Below, piece after piece: positions 50,286 to 59,490 of a stretch of 64,000 bases of DNA. The notes beneath the pieces were generated by a model. It was not told where the DNA came from, did not search any database, and was given only the letters and a program-made list of their open reading frames with translations. Numbering within the stretch: position 1 is the first letter of the stretch; every line of letters starts with the position of its first letter. The stretch lies in NCBI GenBank assembly GCA_000092065.1, contig CP000585.1, one strand, 5' to 3'. Source of the stretch: Ostreococcus lucimarinus. Taxonomy: Eukaryota. The position numbers and the translations under genes were made by a program.

Positions 50286-51179
50286 ATGGACGACGACGGC
50301 GACGGCGACGACGCGCTCGCGGCGCGACGATGCGAATCGAACGCGAGCATGCGCTCGATCGATTACCTCGTGCGCGGCGAGCGGGTGAAGACGAACGCGC
50401 GGCTGCGCGCGTTCGCCGAGACGGAGGTGTGTCGAAAAATGCTGCGCGACGAAAACTACGCGAGCTGGGCGCGGCGCAAGGGGCGCGCGCTGCGAAAAGA
50501 GATCGCGGAGGCCATGGTGACGTGCGCGTTCATTCGTGAGGAGCTGGTGGCGATGGATGGGAGCGCGCGCGGGGAGAAATCTATCGTGGTGTTTGACTTG
50601 TGCAGCGGTAAAGGTTTGACGTCGAGCGTGTGCGCGGAAACGTTGGGGAAGAATTGTGAGGTAATCATGGTTGACAGCGATCGTAAAATGAAGTTGACGC
50701 ATTTGGATAGCGAGAGACAGGTGGTCCACTTCGCGCTGGACGTGTACGACGAGGCGTTGGACGAGATGATGGCGCGAGCGCGAGCGAGCGGCGCTCGGGT
50801 CGTCGTGTGCGGCGTACACCTGTGCGGCGATTTGTCGCGAAGAAGCATCGAGTTGTGGTCGAAATACGGGGATATTTTAGTATTGTCGCCGTGCTGCTTA
50901 GTGCGCGAGGTTCGTTCGCAGAAGCGCCCGCACGGGACGTTTGGGTACGGCTTGCCCGAGGTGGCGACGCGCGTCGGCGGAGATTCGTACGATTTGTGGA
51001 ACAAATTGCTCTTCGCGCACGTCCCCACGCACGTCGGGCCGTTTTTCGCGCGCGTCATTAAACGTCAAGCCGTGGTCGAGGATATGTTGACCGAAAAGAA
51101 TCGATTCATCATCTGTCGACGATGCGAAGACGTCTCGGTGGAGCGTTGCGAAGTCGCCGTGGCGCGCGCGAGCGTCTGA
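50286..51179 (+). CDS. Class I SAM-dependent methyltransferase (Methyltransf_32/METTL25-like)
   Basis: SIVVFDLCSGKGLTSSVCAETLG...VIMVDSD...VVCGVHLCGDLS...VLSPCC. The ATG was verified. Confidence 0.55.
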   Translation: MDDDGDGDDALAARRCESNASMRSIDYLVRGERVKTNARLRAFAETEVCRKMLRDENYASWARRKGRALRKEIAEAMVTCAFIREELVAMDGSARGEKSIVVFDLCSGKGLTSSVCAETLGKNCEVIMVDSDRKMKLTHLDSERQVVHFALDVYDEALDEMMARARASGARVVVCGVHLCGDLSRRSIELWSKYGDILVLSPCCLVREVRSQKRPHGTFGYGLPEVATRVGGDSYDLWNKLLFAHVPTHVGPFFARVIKRQAVVEDMLTEKNRFIICRRCEDVSVERCEVAVARASV

Positions 51180-51330
51180 AAATGTCTGAGAAATTACAAC
51201 ACATCATCGTCATGGTAGATTTAGAGTAAGTAGTCGTATAAGATGTTGTTAGCAGCTTAGCATCCACGCGACTTTGAGCGTCGGCGTGGAGCACGTCGCG
51301 TCACTTCGCTCGCGGCGGCTGAATCATCGT

Positions 51331-51930
51331 TTAAAATCGACGTTCGCTCTCGAAAATGTGATCCATGTTCATGGACACCCCCGACACAAGCTGGGACAAA
51401 TCCTCACCGGGTTGGTCCGCCAACTTCCAAACGCGCTTATCCGCAGCCGTGAGCGGGAATTCCTTGAAGTACGCCTCGGAGCCGCCTTGAATAATCTTGC
51501 ACTGGGTGTACCCAGCCTTCGTGATCCCTCGCCACGCGATCTCGCTTCGCTCCGTGCCGTCATCGCACACCAACAAAATTCGGCTCAGCGTGTTCGGGAA
51601 CTCGTCTCTGATCTGGCCCATGAAGTACGGGTTCATCTCGACTTCGCCCGTCTCTTCGTCGAACACCGCCAGGCAAATCTTCTTCCACGTCGACTTGCTC
51701 CCCTCTTGCCACTCCTCGGGCGAGCGAATGTCGACGATGACGAAACCGCGTCCGATGGTGTCTTTGACGTCCGCGATCGGGCACTGCGCCTTGGCGAGCG
51801 CTTCGTCCACGTCCGCGGACGCGCGCGCGATGTGTCTCGCGGGGCGGCGCGCGTTCGCGCGCGACTTGGACGTCTTGAAGGCGGTCGTGCGCGCGATGGC
51901 GCGCGCGCTGAGCGTGGCGATGGAAGACAT
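51331..51930 (-). CDS. Rhodanese-domain protein with a transit peptide
   Basis: GFVIVDIRSPEEWQEGS...ILLVCDDGTERSEIAWRGITKAGYTQCKIIQGGSEAY (catalytic Cys in CDDG loop). The N-terminus is MSSIATLSARAIARTTAFKTSKSRANARRPA. The ATG was verified. Confidence 0.7.
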   Translation of the reverse strand: MSSIATLSARAIARTTAFKTSKSRANARRPARHIARASADVDEALAKAQCPIADVKDTIGRGFVIVDIRSPEEWQEGSKSTWKKICLAVFDEETGEVEMNPYFMGQIRDEFPNTLSRILLVCDDGTERSEIAWRGITKAGYTQCKIIQGGSEAYFKEFPLTAADKRVWKLADQPGEDLSQLVSGVSMNMDHIFESERRF

Positions 51931-52141
51931 GGTGCTTCGTACGGTTTAGGGAATTGGTCCGGTGCGGAGAGTGGCGCGGGCGACGTCGACGCGTCGCGTA
52001 AGGGCCGGCGCGATGTCGACGTCTCGACTTGGGATGCGCGTACATTTAGATGGCGTTTAAAATTCTAGAATATTGCATCCAGGGACATTTATGACCATTA
52101 TCCAAAACGAGGCCCCCCTGAGTCGCGAGCGCGCGCGAGCC

Positions 52142-53878
52142 TCACGACGCGCTCGAGCGCTCCTTCGACGCGGCGTCGACGCGGTCGTCGCGCAAGATGG
52201 ACTTGAACGCGATGCCGTTGATGCGGCAAAATAATATAAAGCTCGCCAAACCGTAGTACGCGAATGTGATCCACCAGATGTAGGAATACTTGGCGAGGCC
52301 GAAGACGTGCGTGTTGAGATACGACATCGCCGCGCCGAAACCGAGCAACCCGATGGCGGTGAGACCGGCGAGGAAATTCAGCGCTCGAGCGGCGACCATG
52401 ACGCCGTAGAGCGATTTGGAGATGATGTTTGCGGAAACCGCGGCGGACATGGGGAGAACGACGGAATGGAGCTGCGCGATGACGGCGGCGTCGGTGGTGA
52501 AGACGCCGGCGCAGAGGTAACAGCACGCGGCGAAACCGGAGGAACAGGTGGCGGCGGTGAACAGACCGAACTGGAACAGGATCATCGCCATCTTACGTGC
52601 GTTCGCCTTCGAGGGCGTGATTATGTGCTCGGGCATGAACGCTTGCCCGGCTTGCACCAAAGGATCGCCGCAGAGGACGGTGAAGGAGAAGAGCGTCGCC
52701 GCGATTCTGTGCGCCGCGGAGACAGTGACACCGAGCGAGTTTGCCTGGAGGATCTGCGTGGTATAAATAGCCAACAACGCTGCGACCAAAAACGTGATCG
52801 GGCCGAAGAACGCCATAGTCGGCGCCATTTGCGCCTTGGTGGGAATCATCGCTCGAAGAAACGAACGCGAACCGTCGCCAAAATTTTGCCTCGGTGGAAA
52901 CTTTAAGAGTCCGCGTCGATGAAGCAAGACCGTGATGGCGATCAAACCGGTGTATAATGACGCCGTCGTCGCCCACGCGGCGCCCGCGGCGCCGGTTTTA
53001 AACACCGCCACCATGAGATAATCACCCACGAAATTCACCACCGCCGCGAGCGCGACGCAGAGCAGCGGCCCCACGGTGTCTTTTCTCGCCACCAAAGTCG
53101 CGTACGCCGACGCCGTCAAGAACGCCGCGGGCATCGCCAAGCCACGAATGCGCGTGTATCCCGCCGCGATCGTTTTCACCTCTCCCGTGACGCTCAGTAA
53201 ATCTAACAGCGCGTCCGTGCGAGCGAGCAACAGCGCGCCCACGGCGAGCGAGCTCGCGCCGGCGATGAACAGCGCGCCGTACACCTTCCCGTTCAGCTCA
53301 TCTTCGTCCTCGCCGCTCGCCACGCCTCGACTCACGATGGACGTCAAACCAGCGGTGATGAACGCGAACAACGACACCGAATAATCCGTCAACGGCGTCG
53401 ACACCCCCAACGCCGCCAGCGCCACCGCGCTCGCCTCCCCCGCGCACCGTCCCACGAACGCCGTGTCCGTCATCGTCAGCAGCGGCGATATCAAATTCGA
53501 CGCCAACAGAGGCGCGCAAAATCCCATCAGCGCTCGCAGCTCTCGTCTCGCGTTCAGCGTCCGTCCGTCCGTCCCCTCGTTCGCGCTCGCCGCTCGCGTC
53601 CGCTCGCGCGCGCGTCGCCCCGCCTCCTCGCGCGCGCGCGCGCGCGTCGCCCGTCCCGCGCCCGATCTCGTTCCCGTTTTCACCGTCGCCGCGATCGCGT
53701 CTCGCGTCGACGCGCGCGCGACGCGTCCGCGCCGTCGCGTCGTCGTCTCTCTCGTCGTCGTCGCCGTCCCCGTCGTCGTCGTCGTCCCCGTCGTCGCGCG
53801 CCGTCGTCCCCGCGCCGCGCGCGCGACGCCCGCGGTCGCCGCGGTCGCCGGCGTCGTCGTCGCCGCCGTCGTCGCCAT
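52142..53878 (-). CDS. MATE-family efflux transporter (DinF/EDS5-like) with a plastid-type transit peptide
   Basis: GFCAPLLASNLISPLLTMTDTAFVGRCAGEASAVALAALGVSTPLTDYSVSLFAFITAGLTSIVSRGVASGE and 12 TM. The track start at 54037 is TTG. The ATG at 53878 (MATTAATTTPATAATAG...) was verified. Confidence 0.8.
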   Translation of the reverse strand: MATTAATTTPATAATAGVARAARGRRRATTGTTTTTGTATTTRETTTRRRGRVARASTRDAIAATVKTGTRSGAGRATRARAREEAGRRARERTRAASANEGTDGRTLNARRELRALMGFCAPLLASNLISPLLTMTDTAFVGRCAGEASAVALAALGVSTPLTDYSVSLFAFITAGLTSIVSRGVASGEDEDELNGKVYGALFIAGASSLAVGALLLARTDALLDLLSVTGEVKTIAAGYTRIRGLAMPAAFLTASAYATLVARKDTVGPLLCVALAAVVNFVGDYLMVAVFKTGAAGAAWATTASLYTGLIAITVLLHRRGLLKFPPRQNFGDGSRSFLRAMIPTKAQMAPTMAFFGPITFLVAALLAIYTTQILQANSLGVTVSAAHRIAATLFSFTVLCGDPLVQAGQAFMPEHIITPSKANARKMAMILFQFGLFTAATCSSGFAACCYLCAGVFTTDAAVIAQLHSVVLPMSAAVSANIISKSLYGVMVAARALNFLAGLTAIGLLGFGAAMSYLNTHVFGLAKYSYIWWITFAYYGLASFILFCRINGIAFKSILRDDRVDAASKERSSAS

Positions 53879-54063
53879 CGCGTCGACCGACGCGCGTCCG
53901 ACGACGACCGCGACCGGCCGCGCGCGGGTCGTTATGAAACCCGAGGGTTCGCGCGCGCCGCGTCGTCGGGAATGCAAAGCGTCATTTCGAGGCTGAGCGA
54001 TTGAAGGCGGGCGAACGGAGGACGACGAGCGATTCAACGAGAGACGCGGGCGAGTCCGGAGCG

Positions 54064-54777
54064 ATGCGCGACGCGGTGGAGGACGCGATGGCGCGCGCGA
54101 CGCGAACGCGGGCGCGAAGGCGCGCGACGCGGGACGCGCGAAAGGGGGAACGACGGACGTTCGGGACGGCGGCGAACGCGCGGGACGACGCGGGGCGCGA
54201 GCGCGGGTACCTGAAGAAGAACGAAGGCGCGTGGGCGGCGATCGGGGCGGCGATCGCGCGCGAGGAAGACGCGGTGAGGCGGGAGGCGCGAGTGAGACGC
54301 AAGGCGGCGACGCCGGGACGGGGAGAGACGTGGACGGCGCGAAGAGACGGCGAGGCGAGGAATTGGGTGCGGGAAAACGCGCTCGAGGCGATTCGCGGCG
54401 AGGCGTCGACGGCGCGCGGCGCGCGAAAGGGATCGAGCGAAGGCGCGTTCGCGAAGGAAGACTACGGTCGAGTGCCGGCGTATTTGGTGGAGTTTAATCG
54501 CGAGAGAGAGCGCTCGGAACGTCTCGAACGCGAGACGCGCGATAAAAATAGTCGCGAGCGCGAAGCCGCCGGGAGAATGCGAGACGACGAACGTCGAGCG
54601 CTGATCGAGGGTCTGCGCGCCGAGCACGCGAAAATCAGTTCTTCGTATCAGAAACTTCCCTTCGTCGTGGACACGCCGAACAGGCGCGCGCGAAAGGAGG
54701 CGCACGAGCTCAAGCTCGCGCGCATCGAATCCGACATCAACCTTCTCGGCGCGCGAACGGTGTTCATCGAAGGCTGA
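54064..54777 (+). CDS. Enkurin-domain protein (flagellar/ciliary)
   Basis: C-terminal block PAYLVEFNRERERSERLERE...RMRDDERRALIEGLRAEHAKISSSYQKLPFVVDTPNRRARKEAHELKLARIESDINLLGARTVFIEG parallels the human enkurin domain (...EEERQAVLEGLKKNWEEVNKEFQSLSVFIDS..KKIRKQKLEEEMKQLEHDIGIIEKHKIIYIA). Length is 237 aa versus 256 for human. The track start at 54001 is TTG. The ATG at 54064 was verified. Confidence 0.5.
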   Translation: MRDAVEDAMARATRTRARRRATRDARKGERRTFGTAANARDDAGRERGYLKKNEGAWAAIGAAIAREEDAVRREARVRRKAATPGRGETWTARRDGEARNWVRENALEAIRGEASTARGARKGSSEGAFAKEDYGRVPAYLVEFNRERERSERLERETRDKNSREREAAGRMRDDERRALIEGLRAEHAKISSSYQKLPFVVDTPNRRARKEAHELKLARIESDINLLGARTVFIEG

Positions 54778-54949
54778 GCGCGCGCGCGAGGCCAAGACCG
54801 CGACGCGCCCTCGCGCTGGATTTGAAATCATCATCGCCATCGTCGTTCTCTTCTCTTCTCTTCTCGATCACGCGCACCCGATCGGCGGCGCCGCCCAACC
54901 GCCGCGCGGCGCCCGGCGCGGCGCCACACGCCGACGCGCCGGTCGCGCC

Positions 54950-57274
54950 ATGTCCGCCCTGTTCGACCACGTCGAGCGCGCGTCGAAACCGACCGATGTC
55001 GCGTCGAGCAGACCCGTGAACGCTCGCTTCGCGTGCGCGTGCGAGGACGAGCGCGGTTCGTTTTACGTTTTAAATCACCGAGGCGAAATTCGATCGACGC
55101 TCAGTCGCGACGTCGTGCGCTACGCCGTCGATCTCGACGCGAACGACGGCGCGCGCGCGCGCGTGGTCAAGCACGTCCCCGCGTACGGTAAGCCGTTCGA
55201 CGCCGAGCGCGTGAGCGTGAGTCCGAGCGGGAGACACGCGTGCGCGAGCGGGGAGCGAGACGAGGGTTCGGGAGCGCGCGTCGTCGCGGCGTGTTACGTC
55301 GCCTGTCTCAGCGCTGGCGTCTCCACGGGGTTTACGGGTGATGACGACTCGATTCGTCAAGCGAAAGAGCTCGATGATGGCGTGGAGACGCGCGCGTGCG
55401 CGGCGATAGGGGTGTGCGAGGAGGAATTCGAGGCGGTACCAAACGTGCGCGTCGTGCGGTGCGCGTGGCACCCGAGCGCGGACGCCACGCTGGCTATGTT
55501 GACCACGGATGGCGTCTTTCGCTTGATTAATTGCGATAACGTCGCCGCTGGGGGTAAACCCGTGGTGGAACGGTGCTGGAAGTTGGATTTGAACGGGTCG
55601 TTTCCCGAGGCTTCGCCGTTGCGGCCAGACGTCGTGGACTTCGCGTTCGCGCCTGCGAACGGTTGGGGAGCTTTCACGGTGTATTTTCTCGCCAAGACCG
55701 GCGATTTGCACGCCATGTGCCCCGTGGTCCCGCGTGGCGCGAAGTATCCGCGAGTCACGCTCAAGCATTTGGCGGCGGAGAACGCCGCCGCCGCGGCGTG
55801 GCTCGATGAAACGTTTCCCGAACTCGACGACACGCGTGTGCCCATGCTCGCCGCGCACGTGAGCAAGGACGAGGGAAGACCTGTGGCTTTGCAAGGACCG
55901 TTACCGAGATCTGTTTCTTCCACGCAAGGTGCGTCCGAGGGTGAGGATGCCCTCGCGCTCGCGGTGTCGCCTGCGTTTTTCGATCTCGGCGTCGGTGGCA
56001 CGGTGGCGACGCTCCACGCAAACGCCGCGCACGTGCACATTCTACCGAGCGAGGTGAAGCCGTCCTGGTGTGATGGCCCACATAGAAACGTCCGCGGATA
56101 TACCTTCGTGATGAGTGATGCGTCGCCGTCGGCTCCCGATCTCCCCAAACTACTCACGGTGGACACCGTTCGTCTGAGCGCAACGCCGGGCGAACAAAGT
56201 TTGGCAAAGGTAAAATTTGCCAGTGTCACGTGGGATCCGGCTTTGCGAGAAAGAGTCTTCGTGTGTGTCAACGGTATCGTGCACTCCATAGTTTTAACAT
56301 GGCTTCCCGTCCTCGAAACTGCGGCCGAGGACGCGGTGGATGAAAATCACGCCGACTATGGCGCGTTGCCGATGCCTCAAGTTGCGGCGTTGTGCGACTT
56401 TGACGCCCCGCTCGTCGGTCTGCAACCGCTCGGTGATCCCCTGGCCGAGGGAGTCGTTGTGACTATTAGGAGCGATGGTACACACAGAATGCTCATCCCG
56501 CCCCCAGCGAGCGCTATGGCGGAGTCCGGAGGCGATCTGGCAACGTCCGCCGTCGCCGTGCAGCCGCAAACGCTCGAGGCGGGCTCTAGGAGCGAGCTGC
56601 GGGCGCTGTCCGAAGGTATTCGTAAAGATAAGATGAAGGGGGTAGACGAAATCATGAAAGAGTGCGGCGTGACGCCCGAGATGAAAACTGGAGATCCCGG
56701 CTCGAATGAGGCGCTCGCAAAGTGCGCGAGAGCGTTGAAGGAAATTTACGTCGACTACGCGAGAGACGTGCACGACGAAGTTCGCACGACAGCGCTTAGA
56801 TTGACGGCGGAGATCAAAAGGCAAAAAGAAGAGGTTACCTCTCTTTTGAAAAGCGCCAATGATGCCATCGAACGCCACAACGCGCTCGTCGAGCGCATAG
56901 AAGACTCGGCTGCGACGCACGAAAGTATTCGAGAGCGCCTACGGGATTTAGCCGAGCAGGAAAAGACCATTCCTCATCCACTCTCCAAGGCGGAAAAGTT
57001 GCTCAGATCACAAATGGAAGCGTACGAAGCGGATCTGCCGCTCTTGAAACAGCGCATCGACGAACTAAACGAGCGAGCGTCGGTGGCGACGGAACGAGAC
57101 GACGACGACATCGGATACGTCGGCTCGCGGCGCGTCGTCGGTCAGTCCACCCCCACCGACGAGTGCGGCGAAGACGAGCGCAAAGTTCGAAAGGCACTCA
57201 CAGCGCAGGGTGATTCGATCAAAGAAAACGTCGCGAAAGCCAAATTAATTCGCGAATTGTTGCTAGATGACTAG
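54950..57274 (+). CDS. Hypothetical 774-aa protein with an N-terminal beta-rich region and a C-terminal coiled coil; possibly Nup88/MOS7-like
   Basis: The architecture (~520 aa propeller-like followed by ~200 aa coiled coil, EIKRQKEEVTSLLKSANDAIERHNALVERIED...) and length fit Nup88. I could not confirm any signature motif. The ATG was verified. Confidence 0.3.
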   Translation: MSALFDHVERASKPTDVASSRPVNARFACACEDERGSFYVLNHRGEIRSTLSRDVVRYAVDLDANDGARARVVKHVPAYGKPFDAERVSVSPSGRHACASGERDEGSGARVVAACYVACLSAGVSTGFTGDDDSIRQAKELDDGVETRACAAIGVCEEEFEAVPNVRVVRCAWHPSADATLAMLTTDGVFRLINCDNVAAGGKPVVERCWKLDLNGSFPEASPLRPDVVDFAFAPANGWGAFTVYFLAKTGDLHAMCPVVPRGAKYPRVTLKHLAAENAAAAAWLDETFPELDDTRVPMLAAHVSKDEGRPVALQGPLPRSVSSTQGASEGEDALALAVSPAFFDLGVGGTVATLHANAAHVHILPSEVKPSWCDGPHRNVRGYTFVMSDASPSAPDLPKLLTVDTVRLSATPGEQSLAKVKFASVTWDPALRERVFVCVNGIVHSIVLTWLPVLETAAEDAVDENHADYGALPMPQVAALCDFDAPLVGLQPLGDPLAEGVVVTIRSDGTHRMLIPPPASAMAESGGDLATSAVAVQPQTLEAGSRSELRALSEGIRKDKMKGVDEIMKECGVTPEMKTGDPGSNEALAKCARALKEIYVDYARDVHDEVRTTALRLTAEIKRQKEEVTSLLKSANDAIERHNALVERIEDSAATHESIRERLRDLAEQEKTIPHPLSKAEKLLRSQMEAYEADLPLLKQRIDELNERASVATERDDDDIGYVGSRRVVGQSTPTDECGEDERKVRKALTAQGDSIKENVAKAKLIRELLLDD

Positions 57275-57350
57275 GGCAAAAGACTGTAAGAAGAGACTGC
57301 GAGCTCGACGATTCCTCACACCTCCCTCACTCGGACGCGCGCGCGCGGTG

Positions 57351-57551
57351 ATGCCACCGACGGGGCCCTCGACGTCTGGGAAACTCGTCGTAGGTGTTCT
57401 AGTGACGGTTGCGACGTGCGCGGCGCTTGCGTCGAGCATTTATCCAGTGCTCATCGCCCCAGAGAAGCAGAGTGACAAAGCGCGCGCGCAGACGACTGGG
57501 CTCAAACGCGCCGGGATGTGGGACACCGTCGATCGCAAAGCCAAATCGTGA
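57351..57551 (+). CDS. Small single-pass membrane protein (67 aa), hypothetical
   Basis: MPPTGPSTSGKLVVGVLVTVATCAALASSIYPVLIAPEK... starts at an ATG. It lies in the gap between the Nup88-like gene and the 57630 gene. Confidence 0.25.
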   Translation: MPPTGPSTSGKLVVGVLVTVATCAALASSIYPVLIAPEKQSDKARAQTTGLKRAGMWDTVDRKAKS

Positions 57552-57629
57552 CGTGTCGTTTGCGTTCGATGCGAGCGATGCAGTGTAGATAATGTAGAAT
57601 AACAACGCACGCGTAGCTCAACGCGTCAA

Positions 57630-58121
57630 TCAAATGCCCAAACGCTTACGCATCTCTAACATGCGCTTCTGGTTCGTGTCAAACTCTCCTTCGTACGCGT
57701 CGAACGGCACCGATAAGTCCGAAATATCGATACCCTTTTCACTGCATCGCTTGGAGAGATCGTGCATCTTATTTCGCAACTGCACGTTCCCCAACATTCG
57801 CGACGGCAAGAAACGAGCGTCGCCCTTCTTCGGCGGTTTCCAATCCTTCGGCACCCAATCCATCCCTTCGGCGTCTCCGAATGGGTACGCATCACCCGGG
57901 AGGTCGAAATCGTAATACAAATCGTCCAGTTCGATCCCATTCGCCTTGGCTAAGGCGATCTCTCGCTCCAAATTTTTCTCGATGGCTTTCTGGCTGAGCA
58001 CCGTCGCCCCGACTGCGACGCCGGTGAGGGCGAAGAACGCCGTCATTCCACCCGCACGCGTGGTGACCGTCGACGCTCTCCTTGCAGAGCTCGAAGTCGG
58101 CGCGACGTTCGGCGTCGTGCG
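57630..58121 (-). CDS. Exon 2 of a presequence-bearing single-TM protein (hypothetical)
   Basis: ...RTTPNVAPTSSSARRASTVTTRAGGMTAFFALTGVAVGATVLSQKAIEK...KRLGI*. The frame is closed just upstream by a TAG that doubles as the 3' splice acceptor. Confidence 0.55.
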   Translation of the reverse strand, partial: RTTPNVAPTSSSARRASTVTTRAGGMTAFFALTGVAVGATVLSQKAIEKNLEREIALAKANGIELDDLYYDFDLPGDAYPFGDAEGMDWVPKDWKPPKKGDARFLPSRMLGNVQLRNKMHDLSKRCSEKGIDISDLSVPFDAYEGEFDTNQKRMLEMRKRLGI

Positions 58122-58259
58122 CTACGTGAGCGTCAAGCCAAAATTTTCGTCGTCAGTCGGTGGTTGGATACGATCGTCGTCGTGCGCGCGTTCGGCGTGT
58201 ATATCACGCCTGGGGGTCTCGAGAGCACCGCGCGCGCGAATACAATCGACTTTACGTAC

Positions 58260-58322
58260 CTTGACCGCGAGGGCTCGAGGCGCGGCGGCGATGCGCGCGT
58301 TCGCGGTGACGGTGAAGGACAT
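58260..58322 (-). CDS. Exon 1 of the same gene (MSFTVTANARIAAAPRALAVK)
   Basis: It begins at an ATG and ends exactly at a GTACGT donor (58259-58254). The 138-nt intron has ACTGAC ~37 nt before the TAG acceptor, and both exons are phase 0. Spliced, the N-terminus reads as a typical organellar presequence. The track's 'MRTMSF' start is a GTG. Confidence 0.5.
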
Positions 58323-58609
58323 CGTACGCACGAGGCAAGATATGCGGCGCGCGCGCGGAGAACGCGCGTTCGAATCTTAGTTTCTTCCCGCCGGTGACGA
58401 AGACGCAGACGTAGATACACGCGCACGTCACGTGCTCATGACACTGGTGACGGCGCAAAGTTCGCGCGCGTTTTGAAATGATGAACAGATCTCCTCCGTT
58501 ACAAGTTACGACACAAACGCGGCTATGAACACGTTTGTCGCCTGACACAACCCCCGACCCTCTAAGAACTTTAATTCAAACTCGTACGCATCCTAAGCGT
58601 TCGAAATTT

Positions 58610-58926
58610 TTACAATTTCGCAAGCTTGGCGGCTTCCTCCGCGTCCTTTTCGGCTTTGATAGCCTTGAGAATGCGCGGGCCGACTTGGCGCACGTTCATG
58701 CGCTCGACGCGAAGCTTTCTGTAAGCGCCGAAGTTCTTCATCTCATCGGTAACCGCGACCATCTCAACCGCCTTCTCAACCTTCTCAATCGGCATGATGA
58801 CAGAGCCCTTGTGTTGCGTCGCCGTGGCGAGGTCAGCCGCCGGGCTATCGCCGTGCTTCGGCTTGGAGTTCTTGCGCGGGAACAAGATCAACTTGGCCTT
58901 GTATTCCTCGAGGCGCTTCTTGTTGA
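58610..58926 (-). CDS. RPL13: 60S ribosomal protein L13 (eL13), exon 4 (coordinates +/-1)
   Basis: [50 protein letters not shown]... matches human RPL13 ([42 protein letters not shown]). The stop overlaps a TTGTAA, so the poly(A) signal sits on the stop codon. Confidence 0.8.
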
Positions 58927-59018
58927 GCTGCGTAATCGTAAAACGTAATATCATCAGTCTCGCGTTCGTCGTCGTTTCTCATCCCTCGCGCGTCGTCTCG
59001 CGCTCATCGCATCCTTCA

Positions 59019-59066
59019 TCGGCGCTCAGTTAGGGTCTGCGCGCGCGGACCCTAACTGAGCGCCCC
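59019..59066. repeat. Perfect inverted repeat/hairpin (16-bp stem, 10-nt GC loop) inside RPL13 intron 3
   Basis: gcgctcagttagggtc-tgcgcgcgcg-gaccctaactgagcgc. The stem contains a TTAGGG / CCCTAA hexamer. Confidence 0.85.
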
Positions 59067-59110
59067 CGTCTCGCGTGAGCTCCCGCGCCGTCGCGCTCGA
59101 ATGTACGCAC

Positions 59111-59197
59111 CGCCAAAGACTCCTCACTGCGGTTACGACGACGGTGGTCGACGCAGATCCCGATCGTCGGGGCCATCTTCTTGGAGATACCAGCCGC
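59111..59197 (-). CDS. RPL13: RPL13 exon 3 ([29 protein letters not shown])
   Basis: Matches human [29 protein letters not shown]. Flanked by a CAG acceptor and a GTGCGT donor. Confidence 0.75.
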
Positions 59198-59329
59198 CTG
59201 TCGCGCGTACACGATCGGTCCGTCAGTCTCGGTTCGCGATCGAGGGTCGCATCGCACGCGCGTTCGTGCGGCGCCTGTCGTCGTCCGTGACGCCCGTCGA
59301 GCATCGACGCGCGAAAGCTCAATACGTAC

Positions 59330-59490
59330 CTTCAATTCCTCGAGCGTGAACCCACGACCGAGACGGGTCTTGAAGTTGTACCGCTGCGTCGGCGGGTGCA
59401 CGAGCGGGCGGAGCGAGCCCGCGACGGGGCGCGGGAACGTCTTCTTCGCCTTCAACTCACGCGCGTTACGGCGAGACTTCTTGCGACCGG
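59330..59490 (-). CDS. RPL13: RPL13 exon 2 (..[54 protein letters not shown])
   Basis: Matches human [54 protein letters not shown]. It spans 161 nt starting in phase 2, with a GTACGT donor. Confidence 0.75.

Noticed and set aside
58927-59110. Box C/D snoRNA in RPL13 intron 3 (TGATGA and CTGA present)
   Set aside because: The motifs are too short to be diagnostic. I could not identify a terminal stem, D'/C' boxes or a guide region, so it is mentioned only as a possibility under the hairpin finding.
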